Source of the DNA: Macrostomum lignano
Lineage: Eukaryota
Length of the DNA: 48,869 bases
Direction of reading: 5' to 3'
Assembly (NCBI GenBank): GCA_002269645.1
Contig: NIVC01002681.1
Coordinates: 1 to 48,869, forward strand
Made by a program: the position numbers and the translations under genes. Under the pieces are notes generated by a model. It worked only from the letters and a program-made list of their open reading frames with translations, searched no databases and was not told the origin of the DNA. Below, in pieces: positions 1-12,454 of the stretch; the stretch's first letter is position 1, and every line of letters starts with the position of its first letter.

Positions 1-1
1 C

Positions 2-643
2 TCGACCACCGAAACCGTGCTGGACACGATCGAGTTGTTTGCCGACTCTCGCTGGACTCGACTGGCCGTCTGCCTCGCCCCGATGCATTCGCAGCCCTCA
101 GTGGCCGACGCCCGACACCTGTTTATCTGCGGCGGCATCTCTGGCCGCTCGGAGGACCCGCTGCCTCTGCCGTGGCTGTATCGGCTGCCGCTAGACAAAC
201 CGCGCCGTCGGCATTGGCAACTACTGCCAGAGCTTCGGCGCCCGTTGGAACCATTGCCTTCTGCTGCGACGCGGTCGACTGTGGGCCTTCGGCGGACTGT
301 GTTGGACTGGACGGTCTTGAGCCGGTGCCCTGCCAGTCTGTTGAAAGCCTGGACGACGCGCACGCGTGCCGAGCTCGGGCTGGCAGATACGAGCGGAACG
401 TCTGCCGACAGGGTGCCGTCGCCTGCTGACGTGGCTCGGAGAGGAGGAGAGGCCTACGCTATAGCCGAAGTGGAATCGAATGCAATCAGCGTGACAGCAG
501 GGGACAGCCAATCATCCGGCTGCAGCGACAAGCTGCTGCTGCGATTCTGCCTTCGCAAAGGACGCTGGGACGAGAGCGTCAGGTGCCGCTGCATCGGGGT
601 CTTGCTCCTGGCTGCTTGGAGATACCCCGACTGCCCTAATTGA
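2..643 (+). CDS. C-terminal part of a Kelch-repeat (beta-propeller) protein, 5' end outside the window, about 4 apparent frameshifts
   Basis: Kelch motifs appear in successive frames: LDTIELF..W..L and LFICGG (frame of 17), RWNHCLLLRRGRLWAFGG (TGG at 246), PCQSVESLD (frame of 172), GWQIRAERLP (TGG at 381), then AYAIAEVES...GRWDE to the stop at 641-643. Confidence 0.6.
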   Translation, partial: STTETVLDTIELFADSRWTRLAVCLAPMHSQPSVADARHLFICGGISGRSEDPLPLPWLYRLPLDKPRRRHWQLLPELRRPLEPLPSAATRSTVGLRRTVLDWTVLSRCPASLLKAWTTRTRAELGLADTSGTSADRVPSPADVARRGGEAYAIAEVESNAISVTAGDSQSSGCSDKLLLRFCLRKGRWDESVRCRCIGVLLLAAWRYPDCPN

Positions 644-2264
644 AATGAGCAGCAGCTTTCAGTGTCCCCGAGGGAGCTTTTACGCCTGGAATTCAGTCGT
701 TATAACAACATTCTAAATCTAAAGTTGGGTAGCGCAGTTAGATGGTTAGTTTCTAGCGAACTGATGTCAACTGTACCATGCTATAGAGTTTGGTCCGGAG
801 ATTTATCTAGACATCGGTTATACAGTAAAATCAATCCCTGAACACGAGCTAGTCGAAAAACCCAGTACTTGTACATTTAGATATAGGTCTCTAATTTCGT
901 AAGAATCAAGTCGCCGCCCTACGGACCGTCGAGATATTCAACAATTTTACCAGAAGGTCGGATTTTCCTCGTGCATAATATACACCTGAGCAGCCAATCA
1001 ACACTACCCATCAGTGCAGCTGACAAGCTCTGACTCCGTTGACACCTGCCTTCACCCAGACGAAGCTTCTGGACATTAAACAGTTAAAAGCACCCGTAAC
1101 TATGGACACCCGTCGCAATTTCTCTAGTTTGTTACCCAAGCCCCAACAGCTGGACATGCGCAGCTAGTCTCTCAACCATTCCATCATCACCCCACAGCGT
1201 CGTACCTTTAACAACTGGCACCAGGTAACTACGGACAACCTGTTGTGGATTTCTGTCTCTGATCAAGTCTCAGCTGTTAGGTATCCTGAACTAGTCCAGA
1301 CTGAACATCCAGACGCCGTGAACTCTTCTTCACAGGCGACACGGTCAAATAGTGGATGAGGACCATAGACAATAGCTCGTACTAAGTTTATCTCTCCACG
1401 CCTACAAAAGACCTCGAAGAATGCACAGACCTCCGAAAGCTTTTGCGAGCGTATGATCTAGACGCAAGTGCCCTGTTTAACGCGATGACTACGTTATGAG
1501 TTAAATTTATAGCCCCAAAAATTAATTGAAAAGAGAATAAACTCATGTCTTAAACTTTTTTGATTTACTAAAAAATGACAATCAATTGACATCAAAGTAT
1601 ATCAAACATAAATATAAATAAATATAATAGTTCATATATTTATTCTATGTGAAATACATGCACTTTAAGTGCACTTTGCTATATTATATCATATGATTAC
1701 TTATCGAACAGTGAAGGTCATGAAATATGAAATATTATATAAAGAAAAACAGACAAATTATAAATTGGTCTAAGCAGAGTTAAGGTGTGTGCAGCGCAAT
1801 ATTCGAATAAGGGTTAAATCCGTTTTACAATTATCGTCATACATTTACGATTACAAATAACAATTGAGGTGAGCACAACCTCCGCAACTGAGGCATCAAT
1901 CAGTCAAATCAATCTGCAAATCAATCGATACAGTTAATAACTGATTAACATAACTGGTCAACAGGGGGGAAACAGAGAGGCAGGTAGCTCTGCTAGAAAA
2001 AGGCCCGAATGAAGAATGCTGTACACACACAACAATAACAATATAAGATGCGCCGTGTCCCTGAAGACAGTGCATTTATTCTTTTGTTTAAACATGCAAT
2101 AACATCAAGTACATCAAGTACCCGTTATGAACTTCTTTAACAAATAAATAACGTATCTCAACATGCATACAATAAGAAGAATCGAGAGTTGCTGTAAGCC
2201 TTCAAAACTCTTTCTGAATCACAAACACGGGGTTACAGTAGTTCCGTCAGATTTCTTTTGAGCT

Positions 2265-2358
2265 TTAAAACTTTCGAGAAATTTCAAACCCTTCCCCGCT
2301 GCGAAAGTTCTCAGCCGGGTCCTCCTCCATGTTCTCAAAGTCGTCCGCGTAGGCAGCA
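2265..2358 (-). CDS. PPP2R3B: PP2A B'' subunit, last coding exon (DAAYADDFENMEEDPAENFRSGEGFEISRKF*)
   Basis: Acceptor tttcgcaacgcag at 2359-2360. Phase 2 matches the GA|GTGAGT donor at 3568. Acidic tail, TAA at 2265-2267, AATAAA (minus strand) at 2075-2080. Confidence 0.7.
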
Positions 2359-2507
2359 CTGCGTTGCGAAAGTTGAAAATTATTGATTGGATTGATTTAG
2401 TTCTCAAGCGTGTACTAAAAGTAGTGCTATGCAAAAACATTTTATTTTTTATCATTATTTTATTTAAGAAAATGCAAAGATTTTTGACTATTGGATGTAG
2501 GACCATT

Positions 2508-3501
2508 GGAGGCTGGCCCAGCAACTGAGGATCTGGGAGGCTGGCCCAGCAACTGAGGATCTGGGAGGCTGGCCCAGCAACTGAGCATCTGGGAGCTGGC
2601 CCAGCAACTGAGGATCTGGGAGCTGGCCCAGCAACTGAGCATCTGGGAGGCTGGCCCAGCAACTGAGCATCTGGGAGGCTGGCCCAGCAACTGAGGATCT
2701 GGGAGGCTGGCCCAGCAACTGAGGATCTGGGAGGCTGGCCCAGCAACTGAGCATCTGGGAGGCTGGCCCAGCAACTGAGGATCTGGAGGCTGGCCAGCAA
2801 CTGAGCATCTGGGAGGCTGGCCCAGCAACTGAGGATCTGGGAGGCTGGCCCAGCAACTGAGGATCTGGGAGGCTGCCCAGCAACTGAGCATCTGGAGGCT
2901 GGCCCAGAAACTGAGGATCTGGGAAGCTGGCCCAGCAACTAAGGATCTGGAGGCTGGCCCAGCATCTGAGGATCTGGGAGGCTGGCTCAGTAACTGAGGA
3001 TCAGGGAGGCTGGCCCAACAACGTATGATCTGGGAGGCTGGCCCAGCATCTGAGGATCTGGGAGGCTGGCTCAGTAACTGAGGATCAGGGAGGCTGGCCC
3101 AACAACGTATGATCTGGGAGGCTGGCCCAGCATCTGAGGATCTGGGAGGCTGGCTCAGTAACTGAGGATCAGAGGAGGCTGGCCCAACAACGTATGATCT
3201 GGGAGGCTGGCCCAGCATCTGAGGATCTGGGAGGCTGGCCCAGCATCTGAGGATCTGGGAGCTGGCTCAGTAACTGAGGATCAGGGAGGCTGGCCCAGTA
3301 TCTGAGGATCTGGGAGGCTGGCTCAGTAACTGAGGATCTGGGAGGCTGGCCCAGCAACTGAGGATCTGGGAGGCTGGCCCAGCATCTGAGGATCTGGAGG
3401 CTGGCCCAGCAACTGAGGATCTGGGAGGCTGGCCCAGCAACTGAGGATCAGGGAGGGCTGGCCCAGCAACTGAGGATCAGGGAGGGCTGGCCCAGCAACT
3501 G
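2508..3501. repeat. 28-bp GC-rich minisatellite (gaggatctgggaggctggcccagcaact), about 35 copies, in the last intron of the PP2A B'' gene
   Basis: Direct tandem periodicity. It explains the repetitive ORFs at 2219-3357. Confidence 0.95.
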
Positions 3502-3568
3502 CACTCTGGGAGCTGGACTATAAACTCCTGGGCTAAGAGCACACCAGACATCAGCTAACATCACTCAC

Positions 3569-3965
3569 TCATCGTGCATAGCTCCGTTGCTCTCCTCAGC
3601 CACCAGTATCTCGTACATCTCAGCCGCGTACTTCTCCCAGTCGGACATGCCGGCGCACTCTTGAATATCGCGCAGATTGGCAAAGGGGTCGCGCTGCTCA
3701 TAGTCCAGGAACTTGTGCAGGTTGAACATGGTGTCAAAGAACACGCCGGCCAATTTGCAGCGCTTTAAATCGCCCAACGCGATTCGATTCGGCGGGCGGG
3801 CTTCACCATGTCTAGCATGGTGCACACGCAGTCTGCAGGCCCTGGTACTCCTCGATGCGGGCCTCCTCCATTCGGCGCATCTGCTCAGTGTAGAAGTACT
3901 CCATTTCGTACAGGGATATGACCCCGTCTCCGTCTAGGTCCATGCAGCGGAACCAGTATTCTATG
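3569..3965 (-). CDS. PPP2R3B: PP2A B'' subunit exon with second EF-hand, two apparent -1 frameshifts
   Basis: [26 protein letters not shown], then (shift near 3845) [13 protein letters not shown], then (shift near 3790) [23 protein letters not shown]...[18 protein letters not shown]. Matches PR70/PR72 motifs. AG at 3966-3967, GT at 3568. Confidence 0.92.
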
Positions 3966-4492
3966 CTGTTTAGTTGGAGGTTTTTAAGACGGTTGTTGCG
4001 TATTTAGATAGTCTACTACTGGAAGTAATATCAATTGAAAAATGATAAGCAGTTATTATTTAGAGGCAGGGGTTGTACACTGGCGCACTTTAAGCGACAT
4101 TGTCACACAACCGGCGAGATGCAATACTGCCATTCCGCCGACTCCCCTAAGCAGGCAGACAAGCCGCGGATACGTACGCAGTCATACGCACAGGCACACA
4201 CTCACACAGGAGTGTACAGCGGTCCTAACTAGCCGAGATTCCAATTTAGCCCCAGATTAATGCAATGCGACTGCACTTGGAATCGAGCCTGGGCCGCTGG
4301 CACATGAGAGCAGCCGTCTTATGATAAGCCGTCTGCTTATATAATCAAATAAACTTACAAGAACTATTGAAGAGTCGATAGAAAGATTGTTAAAGACTAT
4401 TTAACATCCACTACAAAGACTACAAAGCAATAAAAAAGACTTAACACCTTATAGAACTATTCAATAGGCTTAAAAAGGGCATTACAACTCAC

Positions 4493-4631
4493 CTCCTAGG
4501 ATGCCGTTTGTCCTCTTCGGCCAGGAGAAACCAGACAAAGTCTGGATAGGACATCCGACTCTCTGTCAGCAGAGATTTGTTGCGCGACACGGCGCCGGAG
4601 AAAATCCGATCGATAATCCGGTCTGAGAGGG
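4493..4631 (-). CDS. PPP2R3B: PP2A B'' subunit exon (ALSDRIIDRIFSGAVSR...MSYPDFVWFLLAEEDKRHPRS)
   Basis: Conserved PPP2R3 motifs. cag acceptor at 4632-4633 and gtgagt donor at 4492. Phases are consistent with both neighbouring exons. Confidence 0.93.
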
Positions 4632-5190
4632 CTGGAGCGCAAAAAATGAATGCCATTTAGGCCAAAGATAGATTCTGTCAATCTCTCTTTTATAGCTACT
4701 TCTGCCTATTTTCAAGGGCTATAGCTTCGGTACTCAGTGGTCGAGTGGCCGACAGATGAAATTTACAGACTTTCTCTTCCGGAATGCAGCTGTAGCCTAG
4801 AGATGAGGATGCGTAAGAGTGCCAACCTGACGATGTCCTTGTCTTTGAACCCGGTCGCTTTCACAAGCTTGGAATTTTTTTACATCTATCAAATTGGGAA
4901 GTTTTCGAGTTTGTGAAGCTTCAATCTGGGATTGTAAAAGCTTATGAGTCTACGAAGCTTCTAGATTGAGAAATATTCTGTCATTAGGAAACTTCTTTCA
5001 AAATCCAACGCAATCCTCAGCAAAAAACGCATGCAAAAAACAGAGAATCATATCATTAGCATACGATTAGAGGCACAGCAAAAGGGGGATTCAAGCAAGT
5101 CTCCTGTTTTGACTAGTCTTAGGCTCCGTAAATGATCGATGCATGCTAAAAGCCCTAGAAAAAAGGACATGATTTAACGTCACTTCGGGG

Positions 5191-5359
5191 GCAAGGTTTT
5201 TACAGTCGGAATTTCAAGTCAAATCCAGTCTATAGACAGTACTGGACTAGATTAGAACTAAACTAGACTAGATTAGACATAAACTAGACTAGATTAGAAC
5301 TAGACTAGATTTCAAACCCGATTAGATTTGACTTGAAATTCCGACTGTAAAAACCCTGC
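5191..5359. mobile_element. Small foldback/MITE-like element with 35-bp TIRs around an (actagactagattaga)-type microsatellite
   Basis: 5191-5225 gcaaggtttttacagtcggaatttcaagtcaaatc is the reverse complement of 5325-5359 with 1 mismatch. No clear TSD. Confidence 0.7.
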
Positions 5360-5874
5360 GGGCAAACCTCGGCGGGGAAAACTTCCCGCGGGAAATTCTC
5401 ATAGATACGTCACATCTCTGAGACAATCTAAAGTTTTTACTTTCGTGCATTTTTTTGAGCAGGCACTTGTTTACTTCTGACGAATGTTCTGACATAAACA
5501 GCATGCTGTTAAGATGCACTTTGAAAGTCAAACATGAGTATTCTTTTTCCATAGCATAGCTGCTGCATATACATTTCCTAATTGCAGTTACCTGGAATGC
5601 CTAACGAAAATGCCAAAGCCAATGCTGAGGCGGGTGGCATTTGAAGCAGGTAGCGACCTGAATTTTTGCAGCGATTTTGTTTTAGCAGAAATGTATTAAT
5701 TCGATTCGGTACCCCCCCCCCCTAGGCTAACAAGCGTACCAGTCACTTACGTCGCCCTAGAGTCGGTTGTAGGTAAAATAGATACTATAAGAAAGAAGTG
5801 ACTTTCGACGACACTAAAAGGACGAGATGTCACGGTAAAAGTCGTCAAAATTTGTCTGCGACTCTGGGGCACTT

Positions 5875-6561
5875 CTATAATGCCTCACGGACCGTAGTGT
5901 CGTATCTGAGGTGTGCACTATAATGCCTCACGGACCGCAGTGTCGTATCTGAGGTGTGCACTATAATGCCTCACGGACCGTAGAGTCGTATCTGAGGCGT
6001 GCACTATAATGCCTCACGGACCGTAGTGTCGTATCTGAGGTGTGCACTATAATGCCTCACGGACCGTAGAGTCGTATCTGAGGCGTGCACTATAATGCTT
6101 CACGGACCGTAGAGTCGTATCTGAGGCGTGCACTATAATGCCTCACGGACCGTAGTGTCGTATCTGAGGTGTGCACTATAATGCCTCACGGACCGTAGAG
6201 TCGTATCTGAGGCGTGCACTATAATGCTTCACGGACCGTAGAGTCGTATCTGAGGCGTGCACTATAATGCCTCACGGACCGCAGTGTCGTATCTGAGGTG
6301 TGCACTATAATGCCTCACGGACCGTAGTGTCGTATCTGAGGTGTGCACTATAATGCCTCACGGACCGTAGAGTCGTATCTGAGGCGTGCACTATAATGCC
6401 TCACGGACCGTAGAGTCGTATCTGAGGCGTGCACTATAATGCTTCACGGACCGTAGAGTCGTATCTGAGGCGTGCACTATAATGCTTCACGGACCGTAGT
6501 GTCGTATCTGAGGCGTGCACTATAATGCCTCACGGACCGTAGAGTCGTATCTGAGGCGTGC
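5875..6561. repeat. 43-bp minisatellite (cactataatgcctcacggaccgtagtgtcgtatctgaggtgtg), about 16 near-identical copies, intronic
   Basis: Period of 43 (tgcctca at 5881, 5924 and onward). Each unit has the internal inverted repeat gcctca...tgaggc. Confidence 0.95.
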
Positions 6562-6643
6562 TAGCGTCGCACTATAAACCCAGAACATTATTTAGTGTCT
6601 CATGTAAACAATAATAAAGTCATACAAAGCAGAACAAACTAAC

Positions 6644-7492
6644 CATAGTTATTGTGTCGCCTCAAATCCTCCTTGCTAATGAACAGATCGTGATCCGTGT
6701 CGATGTCCCAGAATTTGCAATAGATAACATAAAAGTGTTCGTAGCTGAAAAAGTCTGTAACCTCATTAATATCGTCTTTAAGCTCTAACGAGGCTATAGT
6801 TGCTAACAATTTAGATCTGCGCAACTCCTGACAGGTGATTCTACCAGTCCAAGAGGCGTTCACTTCGTAGAATATTCTAGCAATAACTGTATTCACATAG
6901 CGACCGTGAAACTCGGGCGCCTCCTGTAGGAAGCTCAAGCCGGGATGCGAATCCACAATGTCCTGTACTAGTGGCAGAAAGTCGTCCGACACTAGGTGTT
7001 GCCTAGCGCCTCGGGTCAACAGGTGCACAAATCTGGACGAATCGTCGCGAAAATTTTTTGTTAACTCTCGTCGCAAAGTTAACAGTCGGTCTTTAGCAGC
7101 CGGTCGTTGTTCTGTGCCGCCAGCAGCTGAGAACAGCGGCTGCTTCCAGAACTTTGGATAGCCCATCGCTTTGGCAATGTCGGCCATCTGTGCCAGCGTC
7201 ACAGTTTGGCCTTGAATCTCATCTAAAGCCTGAACTAATCGACTATCATCAACCGGAGCGGCGGAGCGGCCGAAGAAACTCGGCCAGTATCGGGGAAGTA
7301 GAATCTGGGAATGTCCTGACCGCGCAGCGAGTCCGCCTCTTTCAATAGCGCCGTCACCACCGGGCCGGCTGGGGTTGACGCGGCGTCCTCAGACGGAGTA
7401 GCCGTCGCAGTTGGCGAAGAGGGGCCGGTTGGCGAGGTTGCCGAAGTTTGCGGCGAATTAGAAGCCTCCTTGGTAGTGGTGGAGTCGCCCGA
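6644..7492 (-). CDS. PPP2R3B: PP2A B'' subunit core exon with first EF-hand, one apparent frameshift near 7250-7290
   Basis: QDIPRFYFP, FWKQPLF, QDIVDSHPGLSFLQEAPEFHGRYVNTVIARIFY, FFSYEHFYVIYCKFWDIDTDHDLFI. Acceptor aaaacag at 7493-7494 (phase 0), donor gttagt at 6643. Confidence 0.93.
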
Positions 7493-7641
7493 CTGTTTTA
7501 ATGAGAAAATAAAAGTGTACGAGTATATAAAAAAGAATAGAAACTGCATAAAAACGAGCGTCTCCCCCCCAAAAAAATCATAATAAATATTATTATGAGT
7601 TGAAAGTTGCTAAGTTGCAAGCTAAAAATCATCAAACTGAC

Positions 7642-9086
7642 ATCATCCATAACTGCGTCGCTGTCGTCTTTGCCAGTGGTTTCAATCTCAGACGAAACAA
7701 CAGCTGGTGCGCCGGAGTCATCTTCAGTGTCCACAGTCTTCACCGATGGTTGATCATGCTCGATTTTGTCTACACTTGGCTCCAGAGGCTCCGCTACTTC
7801 CTCTAGTGGCTTTGGTTCGGTTGGAGATTTAACTGGAGTAACAGAATCATCCTTTGTCAAAGTTGTATCAGCGGCAGAGGCGGCGGCTGCAGCCGCGGCT
7901 GCAGCGGCATTACTATCGTCGTCGCTCAAGTCAACAGTGTCAGGCAGATTCTTGAGTACATCCGGCCGATCTGAGGTCAGACGACCACCTTCGCAGCATC
8001 TGCATTAGACGAACCAGCTGACGGTGCATCAACGAGCACAGGTATCGGAGTCGGGAATGTCGTTGGCGTAGTGTCATTAGTTTCTGAAGCAGCAGCCTGT
8101 TTAGTAGAGTCGGTCGTTTCGCCTAGCGGTATGCGAACAACTTCAGGCGGCGTGCCAGCATCGTGCAGAGCCAGGGGCTTGTCTTTCACTAAACGAGGCC
8201 CGGGACCGCTCAACAGAGCTTCCGGCCGGCGTACTGGTGACAGAGGAGTCGTAGGAGAGGAGCCCGCACCAGGCGAAGCAATCGCTGGGGCCGTCATAGG
8301 CGACTCAAGCCGGGCATGAAACTGCGAAGCAAAACTAGGACTCTGCGGATCGCCACTGCTGTTGCCTCCGCCGCTGATGACGCTACTACCGGCACTGGTT
8401 TGCACACTTAGCGGAGTTGGCGATGGCGACGACTGCGGTGGGACTGAAGGCGGGCCGCCAACAGAATATTGTACAGTGACGGGTTTGTCACCGCCAGTCA
8501 GTACAAACTGTCCGCTTGTTCGGCCCATGCGCGGATGGAGACGAATACGGAACCGCGTGCCGCTACCTGCTGGTCCGACGCCAATAACACCAACGCTGCC
8601 CATGCCGCCAGCTGACGACACGGACGATGACGGACTAGGCGGCCGACCGCTGACAAGCTCCAATCGACGCATCGACGAAGTAGACGAAGCCGCGTCATCG
8701 TCGGCACCAGACGGCGTTGTCGCAGTAGACGAAGGTGCAGAGGAAGTCGACTGTGGCGGCAATAGCATGTGATAGCGCGTGACTTCGTGCTGTTGATTTC
8801 GGTGCTGCTGCTGCGACGGATACAGGTGCTGCATATGCTGATGCTGGTGTACATGAGGCGGCTGCTGCGGCGGGCGAGCGTTTGCGGGGACCGAGCCCGG
8901 GGCAATGGTTGCACCGGTTGCCGCGGCTAGCCGACGACACCGAGAGAGATGGACGCCGCCGCATCCCCAACAACCGTTTGTGACGTGAACTGAACGAGCT
9001 CTTGCAACTTCTAATCGACAGCTGTGGTAGACGCTAACTCGGCTAGTTACTAGGCTGCAGCCAACAGGGCTCACAGATAGCGACAT
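7642..9086 (-). CDS. Probable alternative first coding exon of the PP2A B'' gene: about 480 aa of S/P/T/A/Q-rich disordered sequence, one apparent frameshift near 7980-8008
   Basis: ATG at 9086. ORFs 7977-9086 and 7498-7929 join across a short window (EGGRLTSDRPDVLKNLPD). Phase-0 donor GTCAGT at 7641 matches the phase-0 acceptor at 7493. GC-rich and coding-like. Confidence 0.65.
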
Positions 9087-10516
9087 TATGTAAATATATT
9101 TTGAAAGATATAATTAAATAATCTAATCGTAATTCACTCTGTAGGTGAGAATCTTAGAGATAGACATTGCGATCTAGCTGCAGAAGGGAAAAGCGAGGCA
9201 GCAGATGCCGTCAAGCGCTGGGATCCGGGAGTGAGGTTGCCAGCTGTGAAGAGGAAGTGGGCAAAAACAGCACGCACAGGGGGTCGGGGGCACAATGCAG
9301 GCTATATCTATTCGTGGCGCTCTACTCCGTACTGACCTTTCCCTTTCCATCCGTACCGAAGCGTTTCCTCTACCTACTGTTGCCTCCAGTAATCCCCTCT
9401 TTTACCCTCACTTCCTAACCCTAGGCCATCTAAACATCGCCCAAATCCTTCCCAAACCAGTTCGTTTGGAAGCGTCGGCTGTTTTGCGTCACCGTCAGAT
9501 GCTGTAAAACGAGAGGAACGGAGGGTGGGAGGCCAGAAAGGGAGGTTAAGACCCAGTGACCATTAAAGCTGGGTATGTACGTCAGCACTCGCTGCGCCGT
9601 CATTCGATGCTGGTTCAGAAAAAACTGGGAGATAGAAGGAAAAGGTTTTAGTCAGACGTTGAAGCAAAGTATTGGAATGAACCTCCAAGGGAATAAAGCT
9701 TGTATAATGCGGCTACACTGCAGCAAACAGCGACTAATCCCCTATACGTTCATGCCGTACGAAAGACTTAAGTTTCACTAGCTTATTCGCACCGCACATT
9801 CGTCCGGCACAGATATAGAAAAGGAAGGACTGAAAATTTTGAACGCAGCGTTTCTAGCGACAGAAACGCTGGATGACGTAGGCTTGAAAATGGGCATCCC
9901 AAAATGCGCACTAGGATCGTTCAGGCGCAAAGGCAATGCAGTCTATCCTACGGCTCTTTCCCTCTTTATTTCTATCCGAAGGAAATAATCCCCGCACGAA
10001 TTTGGCTACGGGCTGTACAAATATCGTGAGATTCAATTTTGTGGGGTCGTTTCTAAACCTACAGATCAAGGGTGAACGAACTATAGTTGGCTCTTGGCAC
10101 TGGCTTCCAGCGAAAGTCGCGCGCACACGCAAGACAGCGTGTATCGCAGGAGAAATGCAGGCAAAAGCCACTAAAAATATAATTGCATCTTAACTTTCCG
10201 ACGGTATAGACCTTACCAAACTATCTGCGAAAAATTCCGCTCTGCAATGGTAGCGTTAGGGAATGAGAAAGTCGCAAACTGAATTTGATGTATAAGAGGT
10301 AAGAAAAATGCAAAGTGCGCACAAGATCAAGGGAAGCTTAAGACGCCAGTGTAACTTTGACTCGAATTTCTACTTTTTATGTGCAGTGATCTTTAAAGCC
10401 CGGGCAGCTCATTTGCTACAAAGGACATCAAAAGATACTTTATCATAGGGATATTTTTTCTTGCTAAATATACTTTTAGCTGGTTTTGAGCTTTTAATCG
10501 AACCTGTTAACTAAAA

Positions 10517-10804
10517 GGACCTGTCAACTTAAACTCATAAAGTGAAGCTTAAGTAACCTATGTACACAAATGATACGTTATTCTGCTCTAAGTGACACCA
10601 GATATAATTAGGGACTATTACGAGTATGTCTCGTAAATTGGAGTCCCTAATTATCCCCTTACTTGTTCTCTCCTATCTCAGATCCAATTATGGTCAATTT
10701 TTGCCAAATCAAGCTATCTGGTATCACTGTGAGCCGACTGACGTATCAATTGTGTACATTGGTTACTCTGGCTTTACCTTATTATGAGTTTAAGTTGACA
10801 GGCC
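10517..10804. mobile_element. MITE-like element with about 60-bp imperfect TIRs
   Basis: cctgtcaacttaaactcataa...atgtacacaaatgatacgt (10520-10578) is inverted at 10741-10802. Internal tagggact/agtcccta inverted repeat. TSD not evident. Confidence 0.7.
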
Positions 10805-12454
10805 ATTTGTGTGAAGGAAGTTCGAAATGAAACAAAAGCCGAAAATCATTTGATCTATGAATGGAGAAAGAATCTAGTAAATTTCCTCAACTTTGCACAT
10901 TTTGGTGTGCGTTTCTTCAGTTAGCATGACATGAATATCATATTTTTATTTGGTTAAAAAATCAAGTGAAAAAGCATTTTGATGTCAAATAAAGTGAAAT
11001 GACCAATGTGTAGTGTACTCAGTAAAATTTCTGATACAAGCTAAACTACTCGCAATACGAGACATAAGTAGGCAGTAGATTTGCGAAGCATTACAGTAAG
11101 CATTTAGTCTTAGGTATGGAATTGAATTTCAAATATTTATATACAGTCTTTGTTAATTTACAACTAAAAAACAACACGCACTGTAATGATACCCATAGAG
11201 TGGTTTTTTTTATGCCAAGCTTGCATCAAATAAAGCACAGATAAGAAGCAGATTGTCCTACAGAAATTGCACTGGCTGTTAAAGAAGAGAAATAATAAAG
11301 ACCTGTAAAGTGCAAAGACAAGATAGTAGATTGATATTTAAAAAGAAGCACTGCACTAGAAAGAGACAATGCAAAGATGGTATCAGCTGAACATTATATT
11401 GCATAAAAGAAAAATATAAACAGTTAACCTGGAAACCGGGCCATAAAAATCAATAATGGCTATTAAAATGGAGAACACTAATAAAGTAGTTTAAACTGAG
11501 ATGATTTGGTTGACTTTTAGGCTTGTAGTGCAGGATATTTAGTAACGCAGAACAAAAATTTATCAATATTTTTTAAAAGGAATATTAGTCAGATAAGCTG
11601 TTGATTAAATGAACAATGAACAGTTTACAGCCGCATCAAGGCGGTTAGACTTAGCTTCTGAGTTTTAAAAACATATCTTTGATTTATAACCATAATTTTT
11701 CCATTAAAAACCTGCTTAATGTTCTTTGTATGCTTTCGAAAAAGAGATTTTGAGTACAATTAGTCTCCCAATATTCCTAAAAATTGAATAAAAAAATAAA
11801 ACCAACAATGTCTATAAGCTCAGGGGGAAATCTTTCAGAATAACTTACTCTTCATACATGTCAGAAAAAGCAAATAAACATGATGAAGATGAACTCACAA
11901 GCCATCCACAGCGTCACAAATCAGTGATAAAAATGAAATAAAAAATGACTTAAAACAGATATAGTAATCAGTACACATTTAAAAAAAGACTGCATAGGAA
12001 CCAATGCAATACGCTCGTAATCCATCAAGAAGAGTGCTAAAAATGACATCTGAATAAAAGCCAATTGTTCCGTTATTCAATAATATTTACGCGGTTATTT
12101 CACTACATACCGGTGGGTACAGGGTGAATTTGAGCTCCGTTTAAAACTTTTTTGGATAACATTTATAAAAATGATTGAAACCAAGAGATCTACAACCCGA
12201 AATCTAATGAAGCTAAATAAATAAAGGTAGAATTAGATACAGAAAACGCACCCTACGACCTACACAGAAGTGGATAAAAGCAGCATTGTGCATTGTGTAC
12301 AAGCAAGTGTACACATCAGCTGAGGCAGCAATAACAGAATATTCATTTAAGGGAAAGAAAGAAGTTATATATGTGGCAAATTTTGATACATAATAGATAT
12401 CGAAAGCAATTATCAAATAAAGGGCAAATATAGAAAATTCTTTGTCTACAAAGA

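Noticed and set aside
700-1500. Moderately GC-rich, coding-like stretch downstream of the Kelch gene
   Set aside because: It yields only short frames and no recognisable motif. It may be UTR or a decayed element.
2219-3357. Long ORFs across the 28-bp array
   Set aside because: They are translations of a tandem repeat in several frames. The real exon is 2265-2358 in another frame.
5875-6561. 43-bp palindromic repeats as a CRISPR array; tataat as a -10 box
   Set aside because: The units are contiguous with no unique spacers, there are no cas genes, and the context is a eukaryotic intron.
9560-10350. Short ORFs on both strands in PP2A B'' intron 1
   Set aside because: There are no recognisable domains or consistent splice structure. 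It is possibly an old TE remnant.
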